From Dehalococcoidia bacterium (GTDB lineage: Bacteria > Chloroflexota > Dehalococcoidia > Bin125), in NCBI GenBank assembly GCA_963663235.2, contig CAXXNO010000004.1:512001-576000 (forward strand): a stretch of 64,000 nt of DNA, given 5' to 3'. The notes beneath the pieces were generated by a model. It worked only from the letters and a program-made list of their open reading frames with translations, was not told where the DNA came from and made no database searches. Each line of letters begins with the position of its first letter. Positions within the stretch are counted from its first letter, which is position 1. Shown here in pieces: positions 40,588 to 50,662 of the stretch. A program made the position numbers and the translations under genes.

Positions 40588-41619
40588 TCACCCTCCGATG
40601 TAGGACATCTCAATGCGCGCTATCTCTGCGGTGGCCCCGGTGCGGATCTCCGAGTAGCGGTCCTCGCGGGCGCGCCAGACGCCGGTGAGCAGGTCCGCGA
40701 TGGCGGCGTCGTCGGCGCCGTCCCGCAGCGGGGCGCGCAGGTCCGTCCCCTGCGTTGCGAAGAGGCAGGTGTACAACTTGCCCTCGGGCGAGAGCCGGGC
40801 TCGCGTGCACTCGTTGCAGAACGGCTGCGTCACGGACGTGATCACGCCCACCTCGCCACCGCCGTCCTTGTGACGGTAGCGGCGCGCCACTTCGCCTGGA
40901 TAGAGCGGCTCGACCGGCTCCAGGGGCATGGCCGCGTCGATTTGGGCCACCACCTCGGCGGCGGGCACGACATTGTCCAGGCGCCAGCCGTTCGTGTGGC
41001 CCACATCCATGTACTCGATGAAGCGCACAATATGGCCGCTGCCTTGGAAGTGCCGGACGAGATCGACCACCGTGTGATCGTTAATGCCCCGGCGCACCAC
41101 GGCGTTGATCTTCACCGGCCGCAGGCCGGCGCTGGCGGCGGCCTGGATCCCCTCCAGCACGCGGGCCACCGGGAAGTCGGCGTCGTTCATCGAACGGAAA
41201 ACGGCGTCGTCCAACGAGTCCAGGCTGACCGTCACCCGGGAGAGCCCGGCGTCCGCCAGATCCTGCGCCTGCGCCGCCAGCAGCGACCCGTTGGTTGTCA
41301 ACGTCACTTCCAGCGCCGGGATCGCCGCCAGCATCCGGACGAGCGTCGGCAGCTCGCGGCGCAAGAGCGGCTCGCCGCCCGTGAGGCGCACCTTGCGCAC
41401 ACCCAACTTCGCGAAGATCCGGGCTAGCCGGCAGATCTCTTCAAAGCTGAGGATCTGCGAACTGGGCAGGAATTGGAAGCCGGGGCCGAAGACCTCCCGG
41501 GGCATGCAGTAGCCGCAGCGGAAGTTGCAGCGGTCGGTCACGGAGATCCGCAGATCGCGCAGCGGCCGATCGAATCGGTCCCGCGGCTCGGGGCGGCCCT
41601 CAGCGCGCCGGGCGCTCAT
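40588..41619 (-). CDS. moaA: GTP 3',8-cyclase MoaA
   Basis: [37 protein letters not shown]-terminal MSYIGG. Confidence 0.97.
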   Translation of the reverse strand: MSARRAEGRPEPRDRFDRPLRDLRISVTDRCNFRCGYCMPREVFGPGFQFLPSSQILSFEEICRLARIFAKLGVRKVRLTGGEPLLRRELPTLVRMLAAIPALEVTLTTNGSLLAAQAQDLADAGLSRVTVSLDSLDDAVFRSMNDADFPVARVLEGIQAAASAGLRPVKINAVVRRGINDHTVVDLVRHFQGSGHIVRFIEYMDVGHTNGWRLDNVVPAAEVVAQIDAAMPLEPVEPLYPGEVARRYRHKDGGGEVGVITSVTQPFCNECTRARLSPEGKLYTCLFATQGTDLRAPLRDGADDAAIADLLTGVWRAREDRYSEIRTGATAEIARIEMSYIGG

Positions 41620-42232
41620 CCGGCTCCTCCAGAATCGCCGCCAGCAGCGGCGCCGCCGCCGCGACAGCGCGCGCGCGATGGCTGATCGCATTCTTCTCCG
41701 TCGGCGAGAGTTCGGCCATGCGCCGCCCGTCCGGCAGTTCAAAGACGGGGTCGTAGCCGAACCCATCCTGCCCGCGTTCGTCGTCGGCGATCCGGCCTTC
41801 CACTGTTCCCTCCGCGAAGCGAACCGCGGCTTCCTGCGGCAACGCCAGCGCCACCACAGCGCGGAAACGAGCGCCGCGGCGGGCCCGGGGCACGCCCCGC
41901 AGCTCGGTCAAGAGCTGGGCCCGCTTGGCCGCGTCCGTTGAGCCGGGGCCAGCATAACGCGCCGAGCGCACGCCGGGCAGCCCTCCCAGCGCATCCACCT
42001 CCAGACCGGAGTCGTCCGCCAGGGCCGGGATGGCGGCGGCGTCCGCGTACACCCGCGCCTTGCGGGCGGCATTCTCGCGGTAGGTCGTGCCGTCCTCGGC
42101 CACCGTCACCTCCGCCAGACCGACCTCCGCGGGAGTCAGGCACTCCCAGGCCGGATCGATGAGCGCCCGCAGCTCGCGCGCTTTTCCGGGATTGGTCGTG
42201 GCGAGAAGGAGTCGCTTGCGCCGCTGAGCCAT
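41600..42232 (-). CDS. rdgB: Non-canonical purine NTP pyrophosphatase (RdgB/HAM1)
   Basis: [42 protein letters not shown]. Confidence 0.96.
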   Translation of the reverse strand: MAQRRKRLLLATTNPGKARELRALIDPAWECLTPAEVGLAEVTVAEDGTTYRENAARKARVYADAAAIPALADDSGLEVDALGGLPGVRSARYAGPGSTDAAKRAQLLTELRGVPRARRGARFRAVVALALPQEAAVRFAEGTVEGRIADDERGQDGFGYDPVFELPDGRRMAELSPTEKNAISHRARAVAAAAPLLAAILEEPDERPAR

Positions 42233-42356
42233 GGCGTCCCCCACGGTACCGCTTTACCCCATTGATCCGCACGATGGATTGCGGCCATCGGGCGGTGCGC
42301 TACGCTGAGGGTCGAGGCGGAACCGGAGCGACCGGACATCGGCCACGGGTCGTCCA

Positions 42357-43736
42357 ATGATCTATCGCGAAGCGATCGACTACCTCCTGAGCTTCGCCGA
42401 CTTCGAGCGCTCGCGGCAGGCCGATCGCACGAAGGAAGCGTTCGTCCTGGAGCGGATCCAGGCATTACTGGACCGCTTAGCGCGGCCGGAGAGCGGCCGC
42501 CTGACCGTCCATGTGGCCGGGTCCAAGGGCAAAGGCTCCGCGGCCGCCATGATCGAGTCCATCCTGCGGGCCTCCGGCCGGCGGACCGGCCTGTACACGA
42601 GCCCGCACCTGTATGAGTTCTGCGAGCGGATCCGCATCGACGGGCAGCCCATCGCGGAGGAGGCGTTCGCCGATCTCGTGGCGCAGCTACAGCTGGTGAT
42701 CGGGGCGGAACTGGCGGCGGCGCCGGGGCGCCTCAGCACGTTCGAGATCCTGACCGCCATGGCCTACCTTGCCTTCCGCGACGCGGCCGTCGACGCGCAG
42801 GTGGTGGAGGTGGGGGTGGGCGGCCGGCTCGACAGCACCAACGTGTTCGGGGAGAAGGCGGCGGCGGTCATCACGGCCATCTCGCGCGAGCACGTCGCCG
42901 TCCTGGGACCGGACCTGGAGAGCATCGCCGCCGAGAAGGCCGGCATCATTACGCCCGGCACGGCCGCCGTCATCCTGGGGCCGCAACGCTCGCCCCAAGC
43001 GGCCGCCGTGGTAAGAGGGCGGGGACAGGAGCAGGCGGTCTCCCTCGTCGACGTGTCCCGCGCCTACCGCTGGGAGCGCGCCGGTACCGACCGGCATGGA
43101 CAGTGGTTCCGGATCTTTTCGCAGGCCCCACCGGCGGATCAAGCCAAGGAGGCCCTCTACCTCTTGCCCTTGATGGGCTTGCACCAGATCGAGAACGCGG
43201 TCACAGCGATCGCCACGATCGATGCGCTGCGCGCGCAGGGCGTCACGATCGATCAGAGCGCGGTGCACACGGGCCTGGCCACGGTGGCGTGGCCGGCGCG
43301 CCTTGAGGTCCTGGCCGAGGACCCCTGGCTGGTAGTGGACGCCGCCCACAATGATGAATCGTTCGAGCGCGTCTTGGAGTCGCTGCAGGTCTACTTCCCG
43401 CACGATCGCTTGGTGCTGGTGCTGGGCATGCTGCGCGATAAAGACGTGGGCGCCATCGCCAAGCAGGTGGTCTCGGTGGCGGCGGCGCTGGTCATCACGC
43501 AGCCCGACCATCCGCGCGCCCTCCAGGCCCAAGAGCTGGCGGATGCGTTTGAAGGCTTCGCCGGCCCGGTGCTGGTCGAGTCAACGGTGGCCGACGCGGT
43601 GGGCGCGGCCCGCGGCTTGGCCGGCGAGCGTGACCTCGTCTGCGTGCTGGGCTCGATCTTCCTCGCGGCGGAGGCGCGGGCGCACATCCTGCGGCAGGCA
43701 GGCGGCGAGCCCACCTCGGCGCGGGCGGAGCGCTAG
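42357..43736 (+). CDS. folC: Dihydrofolate/folylpolyglutamate synthase
   Basis: HVAGSKGKGS, YTSPHL, EVGVGGRLDSTN, EKAGII, DAAHN. Confidence 0.95.
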   Translation: MIYREAIDYLLSFADFERSRQADRTKEAFVLERIQALLDRLARPESGRLTVHVAGSKGKGSAAAMIESILRASGRRTGLYTSPHLYEFCERIRIDGQPIAEEAFADLVAQLQLVIGAELAAAPGRLSTFEILTAMAYLAFRDAAVDAQVVEVGVGGRLDSTNVFGEKAAAVITAISREHVAVLGPDLESIAAEKAGIITPGTAAVILGPQRSPQAAAVVRGRGQEQAVSLVDVSRAYRWERAGTDRHGQWFRIFSQAPPADQAKEALYLLPLMGLHQIENAVTAIATIDALRAQGVTIDQSAVHTGLATVAWPARLEVLAEDPWLVVDAAHNDESFERVLESLQVYFPHDRLVLVLGMLRDKDVGAIAKQVVSVAAALVITQPDHPRALQAQELADAFEGFAGPVLVESTVADAVGAARGLAGERDLVCVLGSIFLAAEARAHILRQAGGEPTSARAER

Positions 43737-43739
43737 GAC

Positions 43740-44996
43740 GTGCCCCCCCCGCGACCGCGCGTCGTGGTGACCGGGATCGGGGCGGTGAGCCCGCTGGGTG
43801 TGGGCGTGGAGCGCTTCTGGGAGGGGTGCCTCCGTGGGGAGAGCGGGATCCGCCGGATCACCTCTTTTGATCCCGCTGGCTACACCTGTCAGGTGGCGGG
43901 CGAGGTGCCGGACTTCGTGGCCACCGACTTCATGGACCGCAAGGCGGCCCGCCGGATGGCGCGCTTCGCGCAGTTCGCCGTCGCCTGCACCGTAGAAGCC
44001 ATCGCCGATGCCGCCCTGGACGTGGGGAGAGAGGACCGGACGCGGGTCGGGGTGATCATCGGCAACGGCATCGGCGGCCTCCACAACATCCAGGCGGCCG
44101 TGCGCTTGCTGGACGAGCGCGGCCCCATGCGCCTGGAGCCGCTGGTCATCCCCCGGGTGCTGTCGAACATGGCGGCATCCAACGTGTCGATGCAGTTCGG
44201 CTTGCTGGGCTACAACAGCACGGTCGTCACGGCCTGCGCGGCGGGGACGCAGGCCATTGGCGAAGCGGCCGAGGTCATCCGCCGCGGCGCGGCCGACGTG
44301 ATGATTACCGGCGGCTCCGAAGCGGCGATCGTCGAAGTGATGATCGGCGCGTTCGCCGTGATGCGCGCGCTCACCTCCCGCAATGATGACCCACCCCGCG
44401 CGAGCCGCCCCTTCGACGCCGATCGCGATGGCTTCGTGCCGGCGGAGGGCGCCGGCATCCTCATCCTGGAGAGCGAAGCCCACGCCCAGGCGCGCAACGC
44501 GCCGGTGCACGCCGAGGTCGCGGGCTTCGGGGCCACCGCCGACGCCTACCACCTTGTGGCCCCGGACGAATCCGGCGACGGGCCCGTGCGGGCCATCCGC
44601 ATGGCGCTGCAAGACGCGGGCCTGCGGCCGCAGGAGGTGGACTACGTCAACGCCCACGGCACCTCCACCCCGCTCAACGACGCCGCCGAGACGCGCGCGA
44701 TCAAGACCGCCCTGGGCGAGGACGCCTATCACATTCCGGTCAGCGCGACGAAGTCCATGATTGGCCACGTCTTCGGCGCGGCCGGAGCGCTGGAGTCCAT
44801 TGCGGCCATTCGGGGCATCGAGACCGGCCGCATCCATCCCACGATCAACTTGGAGTCGCCGGACCCCGAGTGCGATCTGGACTACGTCCCGGACGGCGGG
44901 CGGCAGGCCGATCTGAATGTCGTGCTGAAGAACTCTTTCGGCTTCGGCGGGCAGAACGCCTGCCTGGTCCTGCGCCGCTACCCGCCCCCCGCCTGA
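43740..44996 (+). CDS. fabF: Beta-ketoacyl-ACP synthase II
   Basis: RVVVTGIG, TACAAG, NAHGTSTP.ND, KSMIGH, NSFGFGGQN (Cys-His-His triad). Confidence 0.96.
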   Translation: MPPPRPRVVVTGIGAVSPLGVGVERFWEGCLRGESGIRRITSFDPAGYTCQVAGEVPDFVATDFMDRKAARRMARFAQFAVACTVEAIADAALDVGREDRTRVGVIIGNGIGGLHNIQAAVRLLDERGPMRLEPLVIPRVLSNMAASNVSMQFGLLGYNSTVVTACAAGTQAIGEAAEVIRRGAADVMITGGSEAAIVEVMIGAFAVMRALTSRNDDPPRASRPFDADRDGFVPAEGAGILILESEAHAQARNAPVHAEVAGFGATADAYHLVAPDESGDGPVRAIRMALQDAGLRPQEVDYVNAHGTSTPLNDAAETRAIKTALGEDAYHIPVSATKSMIGHVFGAAGALESIAAIRGIETGRIHPTINLESPDPECDLDYVPDGGRQADLNVVLKNSFGFGGQNACLVLRRYPPPA

Positions 44997-45009
44997 CGCC
45001 GCCGCGCGC

Positions 45010-45267
45010 TCAGGCGACGCTGAACGCCGGGCGGAGCTCGCTGGGCAACATCTGGTCCAGGAGGCGCTGCAGCGTCATCGAGTGGCTGCAGGTGCCGTAA
45101 TCCGCATGGAAGTGGCAGTCGCAGGTCCAGGCTCCGTCGCGCAGCGACACCGTATGCGTCCCGTTGTCACCACGGACCTCGCAGACCAGGTCGATAATCG
45201 TGACGCGGTCGGGCTGCTGCGCGTACTGCCGGGCCTTTTCGATCTTGCCGATCAGACTGCTCTGCAT
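45010..45267 (-). CDS. Small SWIM-type zinc-finger protein
   Basis: MQSSLIGKIEKARQYA...WTCDCHF....TCSH (CxC-x8-CxH); GGAGG upstream of ATG 45267. Confidence 0.85.
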   Translation of the reverse strand: MQSSLIGKIEKARQYAQQPDRVTIIDLVCEVRGDNGTHTVSLRDGAWTCDCHFHADYGTCSHSMTLQRLLDQMLPSELRPAFSVA

Positions 45268-45307
45268 GCGGACGCCCCTCCAGTCTTTCTCGATCCTGCG
45301 AGGACGC

Positions 45308-45335
45308 AAAAAAGCACCGCCCGCTCGACGGTGCT
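45308..45335 (-). terminator. Intrinsic terminator inside the leader of the SWIM gene
   Basis: Minus strand AGCACCG-loop-CGGTGCT followed by a T run, 40 nt upstream of the start codon. Confidence 0.75.
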
Positions 45336-45409
45336 GCTCTCTCAGCTCATGGACGCCTGATTCACCAACGCGCCCCCTCGATAGCCCGAGCCTTCCGGCC
45401 CGTACCCGC

Positions 45410-45418
45410 ATCGTAACA
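45410..45418 (-). promoter_or_regulatory. Extended -10 promoter for the SWIM gene leader
   Basis: Minus strand TGtTACGAT. Confidence 0.65.
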
Positions 45419-45461
45419 GGCGCCCGCGGCGGATGAACGGACGGCCCGGCGACAGGGCCGG

Positions 45462-45470
45462 TTATCCACA
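45462..45470 (+). promoter_or_regulatory. Perfect DnaA box
   Basis: TTATCCACA in intergenic DNA just upstream of the SWIM gene promoter. Confidence 0.5.
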
Positions 45471-45475
45471 GCCCG

Positions 45476-46075
45476 TTATGGCGCACGACATTCCGCGCGC
45501 GCGAGCTCCGCATAACGCGCGCCGTCTGGGCCAAGCGTGCTCCGCATCAGGAGCACGGCGCGGACCGGCAGCGGCTGCGGCGGCGGTGGCCCCAGCGACG
45601 CCGTTAGCCGCACCAGCGTGCGTCGCGCGGCATCCCCGCTGCGCTCCGGCACACGCGCCAGGGTGAGGTGCGGCGTAAACGGCCGCGATTCCCGCGCGAA
45701 GCCCTGCCGGCCGAGCCGCTCGTCCAGCCGGGCCGCCAACTCCACGGTCTCCGCCCGGTCGCCGGCGAGCTCCGCCCAGAGGACCCGAGGCCGGCGGCGG
45801 TTGGACACGCCGAACCCGCCGAGCCGCAGCGTGTGCGGCCGCGTCGCGCCGGTAACGTCCGCGATCGCCGCCACGATCTCTTCCATCCGGCTCACCGGCG
45901 TCTCCCCCAGGAACTTGAGGGTGAGGTGGATCCCATCGGGCCGCACCCAGCGCAGCGGCGGGGCGCCGGCCTCCTCGAAGGCGTGGCGGGCGTCCGCCAG
46001 CGCCGACAGGATTTCCGGCGGCGCCGGAACGGACAGGAACAGCCGCGCAAGCTCGCCGCCCGGCGACCGCGCCAC
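45476..46075 (-). CDS. thpR: RNA 2',3'-cyclic phosphodiesterase (2H family)
   Basis: Two HxT motifs: HLTLKFLGE and PFTPHLTLAR. Confidence 0.93.
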   Translation of the reverse strand: MARSPGGELARLFLSVPAPPEILSALADARHAFEEAGAPPLRWVRPDGIHLTLKFLGETPVSRMEEIVAAIADVTGATRPHTLRLGGFGVSNRRRPRVLWAELAGDRAETVELAARLDERLGRQGFARESRPFTPHLTLARVPERSGDAARRTLVRLTASLGPPPPQPLPVRAVLLMRSTLGPDGARYAELARAECRAP

Positions 46076-46228
46076 GGCCTAGCGCTCGGCCCGCCGGATG
46101 CGCGGCACGCCCCGGTCTTCCCGCAGAATCACGGCGGCAGCGTAACACTCGCCGCGCCGCGGCTTATGCTGCGCTTTGATGTACGTCCCCACCCCGAGCC
46201 GGTAGCATCGGCGAGGACGGGAAGACAC

Positions 46229-47062
46229 ATGACCAGCGTGGCGGACAAGACGGACCTGCTCGCGCTGACGAAGCGGATCCGCCGGCACATTGTGGAGATG
46301 ACCGCCGCGGCGCAGTCGGGTCATCCCGGCGGATCGCTGTCGGCCGTGGAGATCCTCACGGCTCTCTACTTCGGCGGCGTCCTGAACTATGACGCGGCCC
46401 GCCCCGACTGGCCGCACCGCGACCGCTTCGTGCTCAGCAAGGGGCACGCGACACCGCTGATGTACGCCGTCCTCGCCGAAGCGGGATACTTCAGCACGGA
46501 ACTGCTTGCCACGTTTCGCAAGCTGGACAGCCCGCTGCAGGGACATACGGTGCGGGGCCGCCCGCCGGGCGTGGAGATGAGCGCCGGCGCCTTGGGCATG
46601 GGGCTCTCCTTCTGCATCGGCCAGGCGCTGGCCGCGCGCCTCGACGGCCGCGACTGGCGCTGCTACTGCCTGCTGGGCGACGGCGAGCTGAACGAGGGGC
46701 AGAACTGGGAAGCGGCCATGAGCGCGGCCCATTTCGGCCTCGATCGCATCACCGTCATCGTCGACCGCAATCACTTCCAGAACGACGGGCCGGAGGCCGA
46801 GATCCTGCGGCTGGGCGACGTGACGGACAAGTTCCGATCGTTCGGCTGGCACGCGGTGCCCGTGGACGACGGCCACGACCTGGACCAGGTGCTGGCGGCG
46901 TTCGCGGAGACGGCGGAGGTGCGAGACCGGCCGCAGGTGATTGTGGCGGAGACGGTGAAGGGCCGAGGCGTCTCGTTCATGGAGGCGAATCCCGCCGCCT
47001 GGCATGGCAAAGGCCCCTCGCCGGAGCAGTTGGCCCAGGCGCTGGCGGAGATCGGCGCATGA
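46229..47062 (+). CDS. Transketolase, N-terminal (ThDP-binding) subunit
   Basis: SGHPGGSLS, DRFVLSKGH, LQGH, GDGELNEGQNWEA, WHGK. Confidence 0.95.
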   Translation: MTSVADKTDLLALTKRIRRHIVEMTAAAQSGHPGGSLSAVEILTALYFGGVLNYDAARPDWPHRDRFVLSKGHATPLMYAVLAEAGYFSTELLATFRKLDSPLQGHTVRGRPPGVEMSAGALGMGLSFCIGQALAARLDGRDWRCYCLLGDGELNEGQNWEAAMSAAHFGLDRITVIVDRNHFQNDGPEAEILRLGDVTDKFRSFGWHAVPVDDGHDLDQVLAAFAETAEVRDRPQVIVAETVKGRGVSFMEANPAAWHGKGPSPEQLAQALAEIGA

Positions 47063-48018
47063 CGACGACGGCGCCGCAGGTCGCGGCAACACGCGAGGCT
47101 TTCGGCCCCACGCTGGTGCGCCTGGCGGAAGCCGGCCACGACATCGTGGTGCTGGAAGGCGACCTTTCGGCGTCCACGGGCGGCAAGAAGTTGGCCGCGG
47201 CCTTCCCCGAGCGCTGGTACACCGTGGGCGCGGCCGAGGCCAACATGGTCAGCATGGCGGCGGGGCTGGCCGCCGCCGGAAAGACGGTCTTCGCGGCCTC
47301 GTTCGCGGTCTTCTTGCCCGGCCACTGCTTCGACCAGGTGCGCATGAGCGTCGCGCAGCCCCACCTGAACGTGAAGCTCATCGCCAGCCACGCGGGGGTC
47401 AGCGTGGGCGAGGACGGCGCCTCGGCTCAGGCCATCGAGGATCTATCGCTGGTGACGGCGCTGCCCGGCTTCCGCGTCCTGGTGCCGGCGGACGCGGTGG
47501 AGGCCGCACAGGCGATCTGGGCGGCCGGGACCACCGCTGGCCCCTTCTACGTGCGCCTGGGCCGGCCCAAGGTTCCGGTGATCTACGACGAGCGCTACCG
47601 CTTCGAAGTGGGCCGCGCCGACCGGCTTCGCGACGGAGACGACGTCACGGTGATCGCCTGCGGCCACTTGGTCGGCGTGGCGATCGCCGCCGCCGATGCC
47701 TTGGCGGCGAAGGGCATCTCCGTGCGCGTCTTGAACATGTCCACCCTCGTGCCGCTGGATGACGAGGCGATCCTCGCCGCCGCGCGGGAGACCGGCGCCA
47801 TCGTGACGGCGGAGGAGCATCTCGTGCAAGGGGGGCTGGGTGCGGCCGTGGCGCGAACGCTGGCCCTTGCGCATCCCACACCCATGGAGCAGGTCGGCGT
47901 CCGCGACCGCTACGGCGAGTCGGGCCGCTGGGATCAGGTCATGGAGCGCTTCGGCTTTACGGCGGCCGGCGTGGAGCGGGCCGTGCGCGCCGTGCTCCAG
48001 CGCAAGGCCGCGCGCTAG
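47059..48018 (+). CDS. Transketolase, C-terminal subunit
   Basis: GAAEANMVSMAAGLA, GEDGASAQ, FYVRLGR, VTAEEH; ATGA coupling to the upstream subunit. Confidence 0.95.
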   Translation: MTTTAPQVAATREAFGPTLVRLAEAGHDIVVLEGDLSASTGGKKLAAAFPERWYTVGAAEANMVSMAAGLAAAGKTVFAASFAVFLPGHCFDQVRMSVAQPHLNVKLIASHAGVSVGEDGASAQAIEDLSLVTALPGFRVLVPADAVEAAQAIWAAGTTAGPFYVRLGRPKVPVIYDERYRFEVGRADRLRDGDDVTVIACGHLVGVAIAAADALAAKGISVRVLNMSTLVPLDDEAILAAARETGAIVTAEEHLVQGGLGAAVARTLALAHPTPMEQVGVRDRYGESGRWDQVMERFGFTAAGVERAVRAVLQRKAAR

Positions 48019-48164
48019 CCGGCTTGCAGCAGCGCTCTCACCCCGCGGAGCGATCGCACAGCGGCGCGGGCTTCGGCGATGCCGGGGCGTTCGTCCAGCA
48101 GCCGTCCAACAGCGTGCCCTCGCGGTCGAAGAAGACGGCTCGGTAACGCGGCGGCAGGGCCGCG

Positions 48165-48713
48165 CTAGCGCTCCTCTTTGTCGATCAGCGGATCCTCGTC
48201 GGCGGCCCGCTCGCGGATGCGGGCCGTCTCACCGTCCGCGTCGACGCCCGAGTCGTCCGGCGCCTCTTCCACTTCCCCCTCGGGGTCTTTCGGCGCCTCG
48301 GCCGCCTCCAGCTCGTCTTGATAGATCTCGTAAGGCCAGATCGGCCAGTTGGCGAGATCTTCCGGCGGATCTTCCGTTGGCCCTTCAGGGTGCTCGACGT
48401 CCGGTTCGTGGTCGGGCACGTAGGTCTTCATCGGCGTGGCCTTGAAGTCGATGCCCTCCTCGTGCGTGACCACCTTGGAAAGGGCGTAGCCGATCCAGGC
48501 CAGACAGCCGCATTCCACTCTGAACGAGACGGCGAAGCGCCGACGGCGAAGGGCCTCCTCGCGGATGAAATCGTGGAACTCGCCCAGGTCCGAGGGTGGC
48601 AGCACCTCCTCCACCCGGCCCGCGAAGAACAGGTCCAGCGCGTCCTCCACGCCGTGATCGTCTTCGCTCGGGCTGTCGCCGCGGATCTCTTCTTCGGAGT
48701 GCGCTTGCGCCAT
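48165..48713 (-). CDS. Hypothetical acidic protein
   Basis: 182-aa Glu/Asp-rich ORF 5 nt downstream of the preceding gene. Confidence 0.7.
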   Translation of the reverse strand: MAQAHSEEEIRGDSPSEDDHGVEDALDLFFAGRVEEVLPPSDLGEFHDFIREEALRRRRFAVSFRVECGCLAWIGYALSKVVTHEEGIDFKATPMKTYVPDHEPDVEHPEGPTEDPPEDLANWPIWPYEIYQDELEAAEAPKDPEGEVEEAPDDSGVDADGETARIRERAADEDPLIDKEER

Positions 48714-48718
48714 CGCCG

Positions 48719-49045
48719 TTAGCCCCCCACCCCCCGCGCCGCCACGACGCCTTCGGCTAAGTCGGCCAATGTCTCTTCGTCAGAGTAGACGCCCACCTCG
48801 CTGCCGCTCCAGACCGTCACTACAAAGTCCTCGCGGAACGGATCGGCCGTCCGCACGACCTTGTCATCGACGTCGGCGATCACGTCCTGGATGTCGTCGT
48901 CGCTCCAGTCGCTCGGCACGCACAGCGTGCCGTAGACGATCGATGGCGTGTAGTGCAGATCGATACGCGCTCCGCTGCCGCTTTCGTTCTCGATGAGGAA
49001 GCACTCCGATTGCGACGTCCGGCTCTCCCGTTCGTACTGGAACAT
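48719..49045 (-). CDS. Conserved hypothetical protein
   Basis: MFQYERESRT..ARIDLHYT..VYGTLCV..REDFVVTVWSG; GGGAGGG site before ATG 49045. Confidence 0.75.
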   Translation of the reverse strand: MFQYERESRTSQSECFLIENESGSGARIDLHYTPSIVYGTLCVPSDWSDDDIQDVIADVDDKVVRTADPFREDFVVTVWSGSEVGVYSDEETLADLAEGVVAARGVGG

Positions 49046-49070
49046 GCTGATGGCCCTCCCGGGCGGCCGC

Positions 49071-50345
49071 CTAGCGCGGCCGGATCTGACCTTGGCCCCG
49101 GATAACCCATTTGTAGGAGGTGAGTTCGCGCAGTCCCATGGGCCCGCGGGCGTGCAGCTTCTGCGTGCTGATCCCCACCTCGGCGCCCAGGCCGAACTGC
49201 CCCCCGTCGGTGAACTGTGTGGAAGCGTTGACGTAGACGGCGGCGGCATCGACCTCACGCAGGAAGCGCTCCGCCAGGGCGTCGTCCCGCGTGCAGATCG
49301 CTTCGGAGTGGCCGGAGCCGTGCCCGGCGATGTGTTCCAGCGCCTCATCGGCGCTGCCCACCACGCGCACCGCGGCGATCGGCGCCAGGAACTCCGTGTC
49401 GAAGTCGTCCGGGCCGGCGGGGATCACCTCCGCGTCCGTGGCCTTGAGGGTCGCCAGTGCTTCCGGGTCGGCTCGGAACTGCACCCCTTGGGGCCGCCAG
49501 CGTCCGGCCAGCTCCCGCAGGAACGGCGCGGCGATCTCCCGGTGCACCAGCACGGTGTCCAGGGCGTTGCAGACGGAGGTCCGCCGCATCTTGGCGTTGT
49601 CGACGATCTCCAGCGCCATCAGCGGGTCCGCGTCGCGGTCGACGTAGGTGTGGCAGATGCCGATCCCCCCTGCCACAACGGGCATGGCCGCCTCATCGCG
49701 CACGCGGCGGATCAGGTCGGCGCCGCCGCGCGGCAGCATGAGGTCAATGAGGTCGCTCATGCGCAGCAGCTCCCCCACCAGCGTCCGATCCGGGTTGTCG
49801 ATGAACTGGATAGCGTCGCCGGGCAGCCCGGCGTCGGCCAGCCCCTGCCGGCAGAGCTCGGCCAGCAGGCGGTTGCTGCGCAGCGCTTCCTTGCCGCCCC
49901 GCAGCACGCAGGCGTTGCCGCTCTTGAGGCAGAGAGCGGTGATGTCCACGGTCACGTTCGGCCGGCTCTCATAGATCGCCCCGATGACCCCGATGGGCAC
50001 GCGCACGCGCTGCACCCGCAGGCCGTTGGGCCGCACCTGCTCGTCGATCGTTTCGCCCACGGGATCGTCCAAGCGGGCGATCTGGCGCACGTCCACCGCC
50101 TGCGCGGCCAGCCGTTCCGGTGTGAGCCGCAGACGGTCCAGGAATGCGGCGGCCAGGCCGCCCGCCTCGGCCTCGGCGCAGTCTTGGGCGTTGGCGGCGA
50201 CAATCGCCTCATCGCGATCCGACAGCGCCTGCGCGATGCGCTCCAGCGCCTCGTTCTTGGCGGCGCCGCTCGCCTGCGCAAGGATCCGTCCCGCCTCGCG
50301 CGCGGCCTCCGCCTGCAGCCGGACGGTTTGCGTCGGCGCGCTCAT
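49071..50345 (-). CDS. proA: Gamma-glutamyl phosphate reductase
   Basis: IYESRPNVT, LRGGKEA, SVCNALDT, HGSGHSEAI, GAEVGISTQKLHARGPMGL. Confidence 0.97.
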   Translation of the reverse strand: MSAPTQTVRLQAEAAREAGRILAQASGAAKNEALERIAQALSDRDEAIVAANAQDCAEAEAGGLAAAFLDRLRLTPERLAAQAVDVRQIARLDDPVGETIDEQVRPNGLRVQRVRVPIGVIGAIYESRPNVTVDITALCLKSGNACVLRGGKEALRSNRLLAELCRQGLADAGLPGDAIQFIDNPDRTLVGELLRMSDLIDLMLPRGGADLIRRVRDEAAMPVVAGGIGICHTYVDRDADPLMALEIVDNAKMRRTSVCNALDTVLVHREIAAPFLRELAGRWRPQGVQFRADPEALATLKATDAEVIPAGPDDFDTEFLAPIAAVRVVGSADEALEHIAGHGSGHSEAICTRDDALAERFLREVDAAAVYVNASTQFTDGGQFGLGAEVGISTQKLHARGPMGLRELTSYKWVIRGQGQIRPR

Positions 50346-50662
50346 GGCAGGGACGGCGGATCGCCTTCCCCGAGGAAGGCGTATTCGTCGCTGGTGATGC
50401 CCATGCGGGTCTCGAGCCCCTGGTAAACGTTGATCGGTAGCCGCACGTCCTGGTCGGCCGGGCGCAGCAGGTGCGGCCCGTCGAGCGCCGCCGACGGTTC
50501 GGTGAGCGAGGTCAGCTTGCCCGCCCAGCGCTGCTCGCGCCGATCCCCGCGCATGGCAGTCTCGATCTCGACGAAGGCGAAGCAGCCGGTCAGCGGCTGC
50601 CCCTTGGCGCTGAGCACCTCCGCCTCGAATTGCCGCCGACGACGAATGCTCGTCATCACCAC
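50342..50662 (-). CDS. Small hypothetical protein between proB and proA
   Basis: 106-aa ORF whose stop overlaps the proA ATG (ATGA); TACACT -10-like box upstream. Confidence 0.65.
   Translation of the reverse strand: MVMTSIRRRRQFEAEVLSAKGQPLTGCFAFVEIETAMRGDRREQRWAGKLTSLTEPSAALDGPHLLRPADQDVRLPINVYQGLETRMGITSDEYAFLGEGDPPSLP

Noticed and set aside
45336-45405. SRP (4.5S) RNA or TPP riboswitch, suggested by the GGAA tetraloop and CUGAGA
   Set aside because: The SRP helix-8 CAGG/AGCAG internal loop and the TPP 3' half (CUGAU...AGCGUAGGGA) are missing
45462-45470. Replication origin
   Set aside because: Only one DnaA box, no AT-rich unwinding element and no dnaA/dnaN context
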